Source of the DNA: Octopus bimaculoides
Taxonomy: Eukaryota
Direction: 5' to 3'
DNA length: 64,000 bases
Assembly: GCF_001194135.2 (NCBI RefSeq)
Contig: NC_069007.1
Location: forward strand, 11,978,494 to 12,042,493
A model generated the notes under the pieces. It had not been told where the DNA came from. It did not search any database and was given only the letters and a program-made list of their open reading frames with translations. Position numbers and translations under genes: made by a program. Below, one piece after another: positions 24,957 through 38,459 of the stretch. Numbering within the stretch: the first letter of the stretch is position 1; each line of letters opens with the position of its first letter.

Positions 24957-25065
24957 CTTTCTCTGTTTTACAAACAAGGGACCTCTTATCTGACACATCT
25001 GCAAAAGCACAAACCCAGTCAACAACGATTGGTTGATAGGAGAATAAACAGGAAAAACAACATCT
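24957..25065 (-). CDS. Candidate internal exon (phase 2 to 0) of an unidentified gene
   Basis: taag|A...AAG|gttagt, 109 nt, encoding DVVFPVYSPINQSLLTGFVLLQMCQIRGPLFVKQRK and joining in frame to 25345-25452. The acceptor is weak; an alternative is gcag| at 24998. Confidence 0.42.
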
Positions 25066-25344
25066 CTTATTGCAACTTTCATCAATTGCAAAGAATAACA
25101 AACACACAGCTGCACTCACACACATTCATACGAACATACATGTTTGTATCTGTCTGTGTGTGTATGTGTACCAACTCACTGCTTACAACTGTAACAACAT
25201 TAAATTAATATTGCCATCTATGTGTTACGTTAAATGTATATACACTGTTACAAGGTATGGTGCTGTGAAATTGTTTGAAATAAAAACTTCTCATAGTCTT
25301 GTTTTGTAAGAAACACAATAGATATCATCATTGCAGGAACTCAC

Positions 25345-25452
25345 AAGAATGGCAGGAATATTCTGCCTTTTTTTAAAGCTTGTCGATGCCTTGGGCAGAC
25401 TTTGAAGAGAGAAGGCATGTCATTAATGAGGTCAGGAATAGCAATGAAATGA
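25345..25452 (-). CDS. Candidate internal exon (phase 2 to 2) of an unidentified gene
   Basis: tttgtttgttaaag|T...TT|gtgagt, 108 nt; the only open frame is HFIAIPDLINDMPSLFKVCPRHRQALKKGRIFLPF(L). Confidence 0.55.
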
Positions 25453-28034
25453 CTTTAACAAACAAACAACCAACTGATTGTTTAACTAACGACTTAAACA
25501 AATAACTGATTAGTTTATTGGTTGGATATTTAATTGATCAACTAACAATAAAGAAGTGGAATTGAACCAGTGTGTGTTTTTATTATTATTGATGTAATGA
25601 CCTTCCCAAGACACAGCAACATTTGTTTCAACACACCAGATTCACATCAAGAATCTTGCAAGCCAGATATACAAAGTGGAATAAAGACAGAAGCTACTAA
25701 CATAACCAACTTTTTTCATTATTAACAAAATTTAAAAGATTCCAAAATTGTATTGGGAAGTTGTATTAATTTAAACTTGAAAAGTTTTAATCAGAACCAA
25801 GGGTGATCTCAGACATATGATGGCACCGAGTTTTAAATTCTATGTTCTCTTTGTGATTGTTCTGTCAGTTTTATACATCTGTACTGGACTCCACCACCAA
25901 CCAAATCATGAAAATTACCATTTTTGATTTTCAAAAGCAGATGTTTTGTAAAAAGAAAAAAAAGGAAGGAAAATTATTGAAAAGTGTAAAACTTAAAACT
26001 CCTAAAATTATTTTAAATTGAAAGAATAGAAAAAAAAATGTTTCGTCAATTTTTGATGAGTTTTTCTTTCATAGAAAAGAAAATGTTTTGGCACAAAAAT
26101 CATTTTGAATTGAAGGGTTCTTCATAGAAAGAATAGAGTCAATGGCACCGTAGACAATTCAACATTAGCACCTTTTATTTCACATCTATTTCAGCCTGTA
26201 TTATACCATTTAAGGTTTGTGTGACTGGCCGATCATGTTATGCCAATATTTGGCTTCAATACAGCCAGAAAAATAAGTAAGAAATACAAACAGTGCTATA
26301 AATAACATCTTTCTTTGTTGGAGGGAAAAAAAATCTTATGAATTGTTTTTGTTAAATTTCAAGTCTGAGAAACTTTTAAATTTTTGGCACCTTAAACTTT
26401 CATTTCGTATTCTTCTTTCAGGAATTTTGTCTCCAATTCCATCAAATCTAGAGCTGTTGTCTCACTTTGCTCCGTTAATATTGATAGCAAACTGACCAAT
26501 CTTTTTGTGATCTTATTCACCCAATGTAAATATAGTTATGAGCTTTAGGGAATAATATTGACCATTATTAGGGATGTTGGAAGTGAGAAATTATCCTTAG
26601 AGAAATCAAGCATTTGGCACGTTCTTCAAGAGTTTGTTGTAGTATGAAGAGAAATACTCCTTGTGGTACCATAGCCTTCAGAAGTCTTGGAGCTATTGGG
26701 GTTAGTATGTATAATATGGATCTTTAATATCAATATCTTTATTGGATTTAGACATTTATGAATTTTAGAAATTTTTGCCAACTTATGTACATTTCTAGTC
26801 ACACTTTTCTTTACACTATATATATATATATATATATATATACAGTGGAGGGAAACAAATATTCATACATGTCAAAATTCCAGCCCACAAAAACGGCTTA
26901 AGAGGAAATATTTTTGCTGGGAAACAAGAGAACGTTGGTAATGGGAATGGCACCTGGCCAAAAAAAATGTGCTTCAATGAATTTTGACTGACCCATGCAA
27001 GCATGGGAAAATAGGTGTTACAATGACGGTGTTTTATCTGTCTATCTATCTATCTATCTATTTATCTATCTGTCTGTCTGTCTGCCTATGCACCAATCCG
27101 TCTGTCTATATCTATCTATTTGCCTGTCTCGCTATCTTTTTGTATATCTCTCTATCTCTACTTATTTATTTATCTATCGATTTATCTGTCTGTCTGTCTA
27201 TCAATCTATCCATCTGCCTGTCTGTCTGTATCTATCTATCTGTGTGTCTATTTTTCTATCTATTTATCTGTCTATGCCCCAATCTGTCTGTCTCTGTCCA
27301 TCCATCCATCCATCCTGCCTGCAGCCATATCATTGAGAAGCAAGCTTATATCTGAACCTATAATTTCAGTAATTAAGGAACAGTATTTTTGGTTGGGTTT
27401 GCATGGGTTAAAATTTACTGCCTTTCAGCACCAGCTAGTTGTATAAATTAAATTTGGATATTTTCCTTGGATTTCAGCCATTCTTTTCCCTGGTCTTCAT
27501 CTTTTAACCCAGTGAAAATACTCAGGAATACTCAGACATAAAATGCTTTTCTATTTTATGAGCTGCAAAACAATTTCTGTTACTATGGCTGTTTTCATTT
27601 GCTAATAAGATTTCCCTGCCAAGAATTCTGACTGAAGCCATCAAGCATTTCAAGATTTGTTGCCAATGTTGTTGTTCTTGCATAATTTTCTGCTAATTAA
27701 TAGCCTTCTTGTTTTATCAGTCGTAGCTCATTAGAAAATTGAAATAAAGAGATCTAATGTTGCTGTGTTCTAAATTTAATTAAGTGTTATTAGTGTTGAA
27801 GACAATAAATTGGTCAGGGTCTAATATTAAGCTGTGAACAATAGGCACAGCTGTGTGGCTTGGAAGTTCATCTGGCAACCCCATAGCCTGGGGGTCCAGT
27901 CCCAAGGCTTGGCATCTTGGACAAACGTCTTCTACTCTAGCAATGGGCCTACTGGGTCTTGTAAATAAATTTGATAGATGGAAATTGAGAACAAGCTTGT
28001 TGTGTGTGTGTATGTATATTTATGTCTGTATGTA

Positions 28035-28470
28035 GGCATCATTATCATCATCATCATCATCATCATTTAACGTCCGTTTTCCATGCTGGCATGGGTCAGA
28101 CGGTGTAACTGAAAACTGGTAAGCAGGAGAGCTGCACCAGGTTCCAATCTGATTTAGCTTGGTTCCTACAGCTGGATGCCCTTCCTAATGCCAACCACTC
28201 CAAGAGTGTAGTGGGTGTTCTTTATGTGCCACCGGCATGGGTGCCATTTACAAAACACCACCATTGGCTACAACTACAATCTCACTTGACTCGACAGGTC
28301 TTCTCAAGCACAGTATATTGCTTAAGGTCTCAGTCACTTGTCACCACCTCCACGAGGCCCAAATTTCAAAGGGTGCTTTTCACGTGTCACCTGCATGGGT
28401 GCCAGGTACACAATACTGACATCGGCCATGACTACAATTTCACTTGGCTTGACGGATCTTCTCAAGAACA

Positions 28471-28480
<10 letters not shown>
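28035..28480 (-). mobile_element. RTE LINE 3' end, directly after a SINE A head at 27845-28030 (+)
   Basis: Antisense UTR plus gtcttctcaagcacagtat...ggtctcagtcacttgtcacc. Confidence 0.8.
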
Positions 28481-28501
<21 letters not shown>

Positions 28502-28979
28502 GCATCCTTCAAAGAAAAATATTAACCTTAGTTCTATAAACTCATAAAAACCNNNNNNNNNNTTAACCTTAGTTCTATAAACTCATAAAAACCCTGAAGA
28601 AGCTCTGCCCCATATAGTTAAAAATGATACCTTTCTTAGCATATAACCAAATGCTTAGAATTACATATCAACTAGAGGCTAGAACTGAAGCATATATGTA
28701 GGGTATTTTTTCACATCTCCCATTTTCTTTTTCAGCTTTACAGCTTATAATATATTTGTATTGTTATGTGTTTAAAAAATTTCAACATCTTTATATCATA
28801 CAAAGAAATTATTCATACATCCATCTTTCACCATTTTCTTTCTTTCAATTTTAATAATATGTATTACTATAATAATCCCTAACATATCGCAGAGACTTTC
28901 TCATTATGTGATAGTGATTAACCAGTGGAATCTTTTTTGGATTATATAATTCATAATGTGGATCTAACTTTCTCGAATT

Positions 28980-29017
<38 letters not shown>

Positions 29018-29439
29018 CAATATGAACTAGAAGCAGCTCAGGGTATATAAAAGAAATCAAACACACATACCCAAGGTATGTGTTGTTAGTTTATGGGTCG
29101 GCTGCATTTTAGGCATAAGTAAATGTATTCTCAATGCACCTTGTGTGTGTGTGTGTATCTTTGTGCCTGCGTTGTTCCCCACCCTGCTTGACAACTGGTG
29201 TTGGTGTGTTTACATCCCCATAACTTAGTTTTTCAGCAATAGATACGACAGAATAAGTACCAAGCTTTAAAAAGGTTTCTTCATGATGCCCCAGCATGGT
29301 CACAGTCTAATGTCTGAAACAAGTAAAAGACAAAAGATATCACACTATCGTATTTTCCATTCATTATGTTTTTATACAAATTGTTTTTGGAAACAATTTA
29401 TGCAAAATTGTGGCCCTCAAACTCTGTACTGTGCCTCAC

Positions 29440-29526
29440 CCAGAAAGCTGCCCCCAAAGAGACTCCCTTATTGCGCTAATGGATGCAGCAACCTTGGGTT
29501 CTATGCAAGAGTTTGCAGGGTTAGTT
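29440..29526 (-). CDS. Candidate internal exon of an unidentified gene (acceptor at 29526 or 29500)
   Basis: Donor GG|gtgagg; TNPANSCIEPKVAASISAIRESLWGQLS(G) ends in phase 2, and GG+T completes Gly in frame with 25345-25452. Confidence 0.45.
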
Positions 29527-30539
29527 CTATAGAAATGCCCTGTTCTGTGTTCTTATTCCTTGTGTTTTGATGCTTGTTTTCTGCAAAAAGACAGGAAACA
29601 ACTGGAAGATGCACAACCACCATAACTACAATACCCACCACCACCACCACAACCACAACCATCAGCAGAACCACTACCACAACCACTACCACAACCACCA
29701 CTACTACAATCACCATTACTTCCTCAACAACCACCAACACTACCACCACCACATCATCACAACCACTACTACTACAACCACCACCACATCACCACAACCA
29801 CAACCACCATCAGCACAATCACCACTACTACAACTACTACCATCACCACAACTACCACCACAACCCCACTACTATCAATGCAATCACAGCCACCACCATA
29901 GCCATCAGCACAACAACAACTACCAACATCACAACTACAACCACTACCACCACAACCACCACCACCACAACCACCACCACCACAACCACCACCACACCTC
30001 TATACACACAATAACACTCTGCAAACCAAAGTGCAAAACAAACAAACAAACAAAAAAAAGAAACACACTAACCAATTCCACAGAGACAACCCCAAAATCT
30101 TCAAATCATGGCCCAAAGGCAAAGACAGGGAGGAAGCACTTTAACCATTCAAAAGTAACGACTCCACACTGTCCAAATTAAATAGATAATTTAATAGGTT
30201 CACATACCTAACTCCACCCCCACCTGTTCCCACCCACCTCCCTCTTGCAGAAATCACGTCTTAGATTTGGTCCACCAAGTAGTGTTGTAGTAGCTGTTGT
30301 TGTTGGTGTTGCTGCTGCTGTATGAAACAAACAGTAAACAACGCAGCGCAGCAGAAATATGTCCCTAAGTTAAAACCGGACAATAGTTCTTTTGCTCAAT
30401 TTACCAATCTTCGTTTGTTGGTTTGTTTATTTTTGGTTGTTGCTGTTGTTTTTTTCTTTATATATTTTTCCTTGTTCGTCCTTCCACACATTCAGTTCTC
30501 AAGTATTTTGGAGACATTTTATTTGCTTTACATCTATCT

Positions 30540-30728
30540 TTCATCATCTTACTTGTTTCATTCATTAGACTACGCCCATGCTGGGGCAGCACCTTGAACA
30601 ATTTTGAGTCAAAAGCCTGGTATTTATTCTATTGATTTCTTTTGACAAACTGCTAAGTTACAGGAACATAAACACACCACAATCAGTGGTCAAGCAGTGA
30701 TGGAAGACAAACAAAACACAAAAACACG

Positions 30729-30760
<32 letters not shown>

Positions 30761-31295
30761 TACATGCACATGTATATGATGGGCTTCTTTCAGTTTCCAT
30801 CTACCAAATCCAAGTCCATTCACAAGGCTTTAGTGATCCCAGGGTCATAGAAGACACTTACCCAAAGTACCATGCAGTGGGACTGAATCCGGAACCATAT
30901 GTATGTGCCTCTGTGTGTCTTTGTGCCTGTGTTTGGCCCCCACCACTGCTTGACAAATAGTGTTTACTGCCAGTGTCGCCTGACTGGCCTTCGTAGGGTT
31001 TTCGAACGAGATCGTTGCCAGTGCCCTTGGACTGGCTTTTGTGCGGGTGGCACATGGGGGACACCATTTTGAGCATGGCCATTGCCAGTACCGCCTGGCT
31101 GGCCTTCGTGCGGGTGACACGTAAAAGCACCCACTACACTTTCTGAGTGGTTGGCGTTAGGAAGGGCATCCAGCTGTAGAAACTCTGCCAAATTAGATTG
31201 GAGCCTGGTGTTGCCATCCGGTTTCACCAGTCCTCAGTCAAATCGTCCAACCCATGCTAGCATGGAAAGCGGACGTTAAACAATGATGATGATTC
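30540..31295. mobile_element. SINE A (-, about 30540-30905) followed by an RTE 3'-UTR element (+, about 30960-31295)
   Basis: Both families are recognisable by similarity to other copies in this window. Confidence 0.85.
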
Positions 31296-31439
31296 CTGTA
31301 ACTTAGTAGTTTGGCAAAAAGTAAATGATAGAATAAGTACTGGGGTTGATTTCTTTGATTAAAATTTCAGAGTGGTGCCCCAGTATGGCCGTAGTTAAAT
31401 GACTGCAAGCTAGAAGTAGTATATAGCTTCTGTTATCTA

Positions 31440-32050
31440 GGTGACCAAGTGTAGCTGTGAGAGTAAGATCAGGCTGGGCAAAGTTCAGAGAGCTCCTACT
31501 CCTGCTGGCAACAAAGGGCTTCTCTCTCAGAGTGAAAGGCAGATTGTTTGATGCTTGTGTGCAAACAGCTATGCTACATGACAGTGAGACAGACCTTTAG
31601 AGATGTGCTGTGCTTGAGAGGACCCATCAAGCCTAGTACACCCATGCTGGTGGCACGTGAAGAACATCTTTTGAATGTTGGGCCTCATAGAGGCAAAGTG
31701 CCTGAGTTCCTTTCAAGCATTGGGGCTCATGGAGGCAAAGTGGCTGAGTTCCTTGCAAATGTTGGGCCTCACAGAGGCAATGACCAAGACCTCTGGCATC
31801 ATGTCGTGCTTGAGAAGAAGACCCATCAAGCTAAACAAAACCACAGTCATTGCAGATACTGGTGTCATGCAAATGGCATGTAAAAGCACGCATTACACTC
31901 TCAGAGTGGTTGGCATTAGGAAGGGCATACAACCATAGAAACCATGCCAAATCAGACTGAAATTTGGTGCAGCCCTCTAGCGTGCCAACCCTGGTCAAGC
32001 TGTCCAACCCAGGCCACCATGGACAGCGAATGTTAAATGATGATGATATA
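31440..32050 (+). mobile_element. Internally deleted RTE fragment with a 42-bp tandem array and 3' UTR
   Basis: GWAKFRELLLLLATKGFSLRVKGRLFDACVQTAMLHDSE joined to the tail; three units of ttgggcctcatagaggcaaagtgcctgagttcctt. Confidence 0.82.
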
Positions 32051-32679
32051 TGTATAACCATGCATGAAAACATACATACATGCACACAGCTACTAGAATC
32101 ATGCGTCCTTGCATATGTACAGGACTATGCACCCATTCCTCCACATACACTCCTGTATATAGTTTTACACAAACACATAAATAGATATGTTAAACAGACA
32201 CACACACATATGCCTATATATATACGCACATATATGGATACAGACTCTTAACGCATATGCACACACACACACATGCATACACACGCACACACACAAGCAC
32301 CTAACATCAACAAACCAAAGAAATTACCAAAGTGTCTCTCTTAAATATATTCACCTGAAGGGAAATGTAAAAACACATCTATATACACTCACTTGCAAAC
32401 ATATATACATATATATAGATATACATACATTTCAGTTTTGCGTGCATAAATGTACACGCATATATTCTGGTATTTATGTAAGTGTGTATATATCTATATC
32501 CTTGCTGTCACTCTCTCCCTCTCTCTACATACATATGTATAGATATATATATGTGGGTGTGTGTATGTCTGTATGTATGTATGTATGTATGCATGTATGT
32601 ATATAAATATATGCACACACAGTGGTGTGCATATATTAACATGAAATAAGACTCTCAATCAAATGCATACATACATACA

Positions 32680-32713
<34 letters not shown>

Positions 32714-33122
32714 GACAGATAGAGAGAGAGGGAGGGAGAGTTGTGTTGAANNNNNNNNNNNNNNNNNNNNNNNNNNNNNNNNNNNNNNNNNNNNNNNNNN
32801 NNNNNNNNNNNNNNNNNNNNNNNNNNNNNNNNNNNNNNNNNNNNNNNNNNNNNNNNNNNNNNNTTAATGGTCCTTTTAGCAAACATGAAATTCAACCCTC
32901 AATCAACTATATATATGTGTGTGTGTGTACGTATATAGATATAAATACATATATAGACATAGATAGATAGATAGATAGATAGATAGACACATACATACAT
33001 AAAAGACAGACAGACAAATAGATAGATAGATAGATAGTGATATATATATCACCCACTGTTATATTTCCATGTCTCTCTCTCTCTGTCTCTCTCTCTCTGT
33101 CTCTCTCTCTCTTTCTCTCCCA

Positions 33123-33170
<48 letters not shown>

Positions 33171-33814
33171 CTATATATATAGACAGATAGATAGATATGT
33201 ATAGTAATATTGTACATTAAGAGTTCTACTCTACATTAACGAGGTGACCAGAACACACACCCCTCCCCCCACCAGAGACTCATTCACACATATAAGCATG
33301 CAACACACACTCTATACAACATAATTCACCCATATTCTTGTCTCGGATTAGATTTGCATTCATTGCAGAGAGAGGAGAGAGAGAGAGGTCTCCATTCACC
33401 TCCACCACCACCATTACACCTCTCTATACTTCAATAGATAAATGGTGGTGGTGGTGTATGATGAAGAGGAGGGGCAACTGAAGAATGCAATGGTGGTGGT
33501 GGTGGTTGTGATCATGATGATGGTAGTTGCAACATTGATAGTAATAGTATTGATGGTGGTGGTCACCATGGTAGTGATGGTGGTTGGGGGGGGGTAGTGG
33601 TGGTGGTGACAATTGTACAATTTGTGGTGATGATGGTGATGACAATCATGGCAGTGATGGTGGTGAGGAGGGGAGCAGTCGGTCCCAAGGAAATTCCTTG
33701 TAACCCCAGAACTGTTGGATCGGTGTCCCCTTAACAAAGTTTGTGACCTGAACCTCTGTGTCGAAGTATGTTCCCTCTAAAGTTGTGAGAATTGATGAAG
33801 CTAATATTGGTTTT

Positions 33815-34215
33815 GAATTCAGGCACAAGGCCAGCCATGTTGGGGGAGGGGCTAAGTTGATTGTGTTGACCCCCAGTGTCCAACTGGTATTTATTTTATC
33901 AACTCTGAAAGGATGAAAGGAAGAGTCAACCTCGGTGGAATTTGAACCCAGAACATAAAGACAGATGAAATGCCACCAGACATTTTACCTGGCACACTAA
34001 CAACTCTACAAATCACTGCCTTTGATGATGCCCATATTGGTTTCAAATTTTAGCACAATGCCAGCAACTTTAGGGAAGGGGTAAGTTGATTATATTGACC
34101 CCAGTGCTCAACTGGTACTTATTTTATCAGCTCTGAAAGGATGAAAGGAAAAGTCAACATCGGTGGAATTTGATCTCAGAATGTAAGGACAGACAAGATG
34201 CTGCTAAGCATTTTG
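33815..34215 (-). mobile_element. Two tandem SINE family B copies
   Basis: gaaaggatgaaaggaagagtcaacctcggtggaatttgaacccaga occurs twice. Confidence 0.85.
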
Positions 34216-34524
34216 CTTTGGAGATGCTAATATCGACAGAAAGCGTATCTTCTCTCAGACTCCTGGTCATCACTTTATCTCATGTTGTGTTTCAAAATTA
34301 TGTTCTTAAAATCTAAAGCATAGCCCAGCCATGGGGTAAATATCTTATTTTGAGACAAGTGAAGGTTGCTGACAAGAAGGACATCCAGACACAGAAACAT
34401 CCACTTTAATGAATTCCATCTGATCCATGCCAGCATGGCAAAGCAGATTTTAAAATGTTTACTTGAGAAGACCCATGAATCCAAAGTAAAATCATTATCA
34501 TGGTCAATGCCAGTGTCACATAAC

Positions 34525-34850
34525 TGGAACCCATGTTGAGTCTCACAGAGGCAATGACAAGTGACCAAGACCTTTCGTGATATGCCATGCTTGAGAAGAC
34601 TATAAAACCAAGTGAAATCATAGTGATGACCGATACCAGTGTCACATCACTGGAACCCATGCCGGTGGCACATAAAAAGCACCCATTTATTGCACTCTTG
34701 GAGTGGTTGGCATAAGGAAGGGCATCCAGCCATAGAAACCATGCCAAATCAGACTGGAACCCGACGTAGCCCAACAGCTTACAAGTTTCGTTCAAACCGT
34801 CTAACCCATGCCAGCATGGAAAGTAGACACTAAATGATGATGTTGACAAT
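34525..34850 (+). mobile_element. RTE LINE 3' end, linking the ORF end to the (GAT)n-tailed UTR
   Basis: ctcacagaggcaatgacaagtgaccaagacc...gagaagac runs continuously into gaagggcatccagccatagaaacc...aaatgatgatg. Confidence 0.8.
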
Positions 34851-35955
34851 CGTGACGACAATGGCAATGATGAATTCGATATATGGATGTCAGCTGACCA
34901 ATAGATGTAAAAGTTGCATTAAAAATTAATGGAAAAAGGACCATTTAGAGTAAACATCATTGGAATCTAATTGGCTACCTTGATTTGAAAGTTCCTCCAT
35001 TTGTAAACCCTTATGGTTGCTGTATACATGGGTGCATTACTAAATATCTTGAGGGGTTATCGTAAAAGGCTGGCATTTGTCATGAAAATGAAATACAAAA
35101 TTTCACAAAAATTATTGGTTCTGGTTTAGGTAAAAGGCCAGTAATTTTAAGAGAAGAGGGGGTCAGCCAATACCATTGACCCAATCATATGGCTGCTACT
35201 TTGTTTTTATGACTTCAAAAGGATTAAAGGCAAAGTTGACCTCAGCAGGATTTGAACTCAAAAGCTAAAGAGCCAGAAAAAAAAATTGCTTTCAAAGCAC
35301 TTTTACAATTTCTCTGAAAATTCTGTTGCCAGTTAAAAATTGTAAAAATTCAGTTTGTAACAGTGAGAACTATGGAATCCTTTGTTAAAAACCAGCATGG
35401 TATCTCTTTGCTATTGTTCTTGTACAAATTCCAACAATGGCATTCTGTTTTGGTGTAAGAAAGCGTTTTTCTTTATCACAAGAATTACAAGAATTAAAAC
35501 AGAATTAGATGCAAGCATATTGTGTTCATGCACCCACACAAACACACACATACATATGCATGCATGCATGCGTAGGTGTGTGTGTGTGTGTATATATACA
35601 CACGTACATATTGTATGTCTACTGTATACATTGTCATACACATACAGTATACATACATAAATACGTTGTATACATATACACATAACATATATACATGTGT
35701 ATATATAATTAAATACACCAAACTAAAAAAAATATATATAAAAGCTGTTTTATATGCAATTAATCTATTGAGGCGTAGGAGTAATTGATTTGCATATTTT
35801 AACATTTGCATATACTTGGAGTTGTTGAATAATACAGCATTCTTTGAAAATTCTAAATGTATGTATACAGAAATATATATATATATATACTACTACCACT
35901 ACTACAAATGTGAGTATAAAGACATATACACATACATATATAGTATATATGAATA

Positions 35956-36035
<80 letters not shown>

Positions 36036-36356
36036 TACACATAAATATATATATATATATATATGTATATGTGTATAAATATACATGTATACATATATAT
36101 GTGTGTGTGTATATATATATATATATAGATAGATGTATATATTTACATACATACACAAATACACAGGCGTGTGTGTGTACTTGATTCCCTTGGTTCTCTA
36201 TATATAAGTAAATGTAAACAATGAATTTCTTAACAATACACAACATTAAAAATATATTTGCATGAATATTTATAGTAGTTACCATGTGTGTTTGCATACA
36301 CACACTGCACCTAACACATGCTCACATACATGCATATCCACACACACATACACATA

Positions 36357-36400
<44 letters not shown>

Positions 36401-36919
36401 GCTACTTATTAAGAAATTCATTGCTGATATATACTTATAAATACAGTGAGAAGTATAGCATAATATATGTATATATACCAAAGGAAGCACATGAATGTGA
36501 GACAAGGTGGACAAATATAGTACTCGAATACTGAAGGTAGAGTTATATGCTTTATTAATATTAATATGCTTTAATATGTATATGTATGTACGTATGTATG
36601 TACGTAACATTATCATCAGCATTTAATGCCTGCTTTCCAAGCTGGCATTCATAATATATATAATATTCATTATACTTCACACTCACTCACACACACCTAT
36701 ATACTGATAATGACAGAATTTCCCTCTGCTTCTCAATTTATCTATAAGTATATATAAGCAGTGAACAGCCATGTAAAGCCCTGCTCAGAGGGAAAGCTTA
36801 AGTAGACAGCCAGCTATTGATGTAATAAGCCTATTTATCCACTCTACCCAACATATTGAGTTCTACACCAGATGAGGTTTGAACTTTATGAAATATTTTA
36901 ATATGTTTTGCATCTTCTA

Positions 36920-37350
36920 AGGCAGGAAGCTGGCAGAATTGTTAGCATGCCAAGCGAAATGCTTAGCAGTATTTTGTCTGTCTTTACGGTCTGAGTTCAA
37001 ATTCCGTCAAGGTTGACTTTTCCTTTCATCCTTTCAGGGTCGATAAATTAAGTACCAGTTGCATACTGGGGTCAATCTAATTGACTGGCCATCTCCCCAA
37101 AAATTTCGGGCCTTGTGCCTAGAGTAGAAAAGAATAGAATGTGGCGAGCTGGTAGAAATGTTAGCCCAACAGGCAAAATGCTTAGTGGTATTTCATGTCT
37201 TTACGTTCTGAGTTCAAATTCCACCGAGGTCGACTTTGTCTTTCATCCTTTCAAGGTCAATAAATTAAGCTCTATTTGTGTAGTGGGGTCGATCTAATCA
37301 ACTGGTCCCCTACCCCAAAATTTCAGGCCTTGTGCCCAGAGCAAAAAAGA
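36920..37350 (+). mobile_element. Two tandem SINE family B copies
   Basis: Head and core repeated; junction gtagaaaagaatagaatgtggcgagctgg. Confidence 0.88.
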
Positions 37351-38232
37351 ATTGTTAGCACTTTGGCACCCTTGATCACACTGAACAATGATTAAATTTT
37401 TCCTATATGGTATTGCATTGCACCTGGCTGCTTATATTAATTCATATATATATATATATATATATATACATACATATATATGTATATATTCGTCATCATT
37501 ATCGTTTAATGTCTGCCTTCCAATGCTGGCATGGGTGGGACAGTTTGACAAGAGCCGGCCAGGCAGAGGCCTGCACCAGACTTCTGTAACTGTTTTGGTA
37601 GGATTTTTACAGCTGGATGCCCCTCCTAACACCAACCACTTAGCAGAGTGGACTAAATATATCTAAATATATATGTGTTTGTATATAAATATACACATAT
37701 ATATGTGTATTCAAATATACACACACATATACACAAATGGCTGTACATGTGTGTGTGTGTGTGTGTTTGTATATACATATACATACATACATGCATGCAT
37801 GCATATAGACACATGTATGTATGTATGTGAGGATAACATGCTAGTTGTACCCATGTAATCCACCCTTAACTGCTTGTGCTTCTTGAGTTTGTGAACTTGG
37901 CAACTAAACCCTGCCCCTAATGGGCCTACCCAGTGAAATTTGTGTATGTGTGGTGGAGTGCCTAAGAGAATTAACAAACAAAATCTGTGAGAGATAGCTG
38001 AAGTCTTTGAGTGCCAAAGATGCTCCTCTCCTGGACAAGGAGTGGTCATTACCAGGATTGATAAAACCACGGAAACATTCAAATGAAATTTCCACCAATG
38101 TTGTTTAGAAAACTGGTGGGTAAATGTTTGGAAAGGACTCAAAACTGAGAGGGGTGGAAAAGATTGTTAAAAAAATACTTAGGTACCCCAGTAACTGAAA
38201 TAATGTAAGGAAATGTAATGGCATTATATATA

Positions 38233-38452
38233 TAACGGGGTGCTAAAAAGTCCCTGGCTTTAAGGGTATCGCAAAAGGCTTGGTTGGAGGCCCAACCTTC
38301 TGAGTTCTTTCACAGGGTTTAAAGCAACTGAAGGACCAATGCAATAAGTGTATGAATCTGAGAGGGGAATAACTTGAATAAAATCATAATTAACTGATCC
38401 TCCTGTATTTTCTTTTACCCAAAGGTAGGAACTTTTCAACCACCCCCTCATA
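38233..38452 (+). mobile_element. Mariner-derived MITE
   Basis: Degenerate TIRs ggggtgctaaaaagtccctgg and (reverse complement) gggggtggttgaaaagttcctacc, TA-flanked; internal KDQCNKCMNLRGE resembles the mariner transposase C-terminus. Confidence 0.68.
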
Positions 38453-38459
38453 TATATAT

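Noticed and set aside
28522-28593. Exact 31-bp duplication around a 10-N gap
   Set aside because: Typical scaffolding artefact, not a TSD.
31660-31800. CRISPR-like periodicity
   Set aside because: Contiguous diverged tandem units with no unique spacers, no cas genes and a eukaryotic LINE-derived context.
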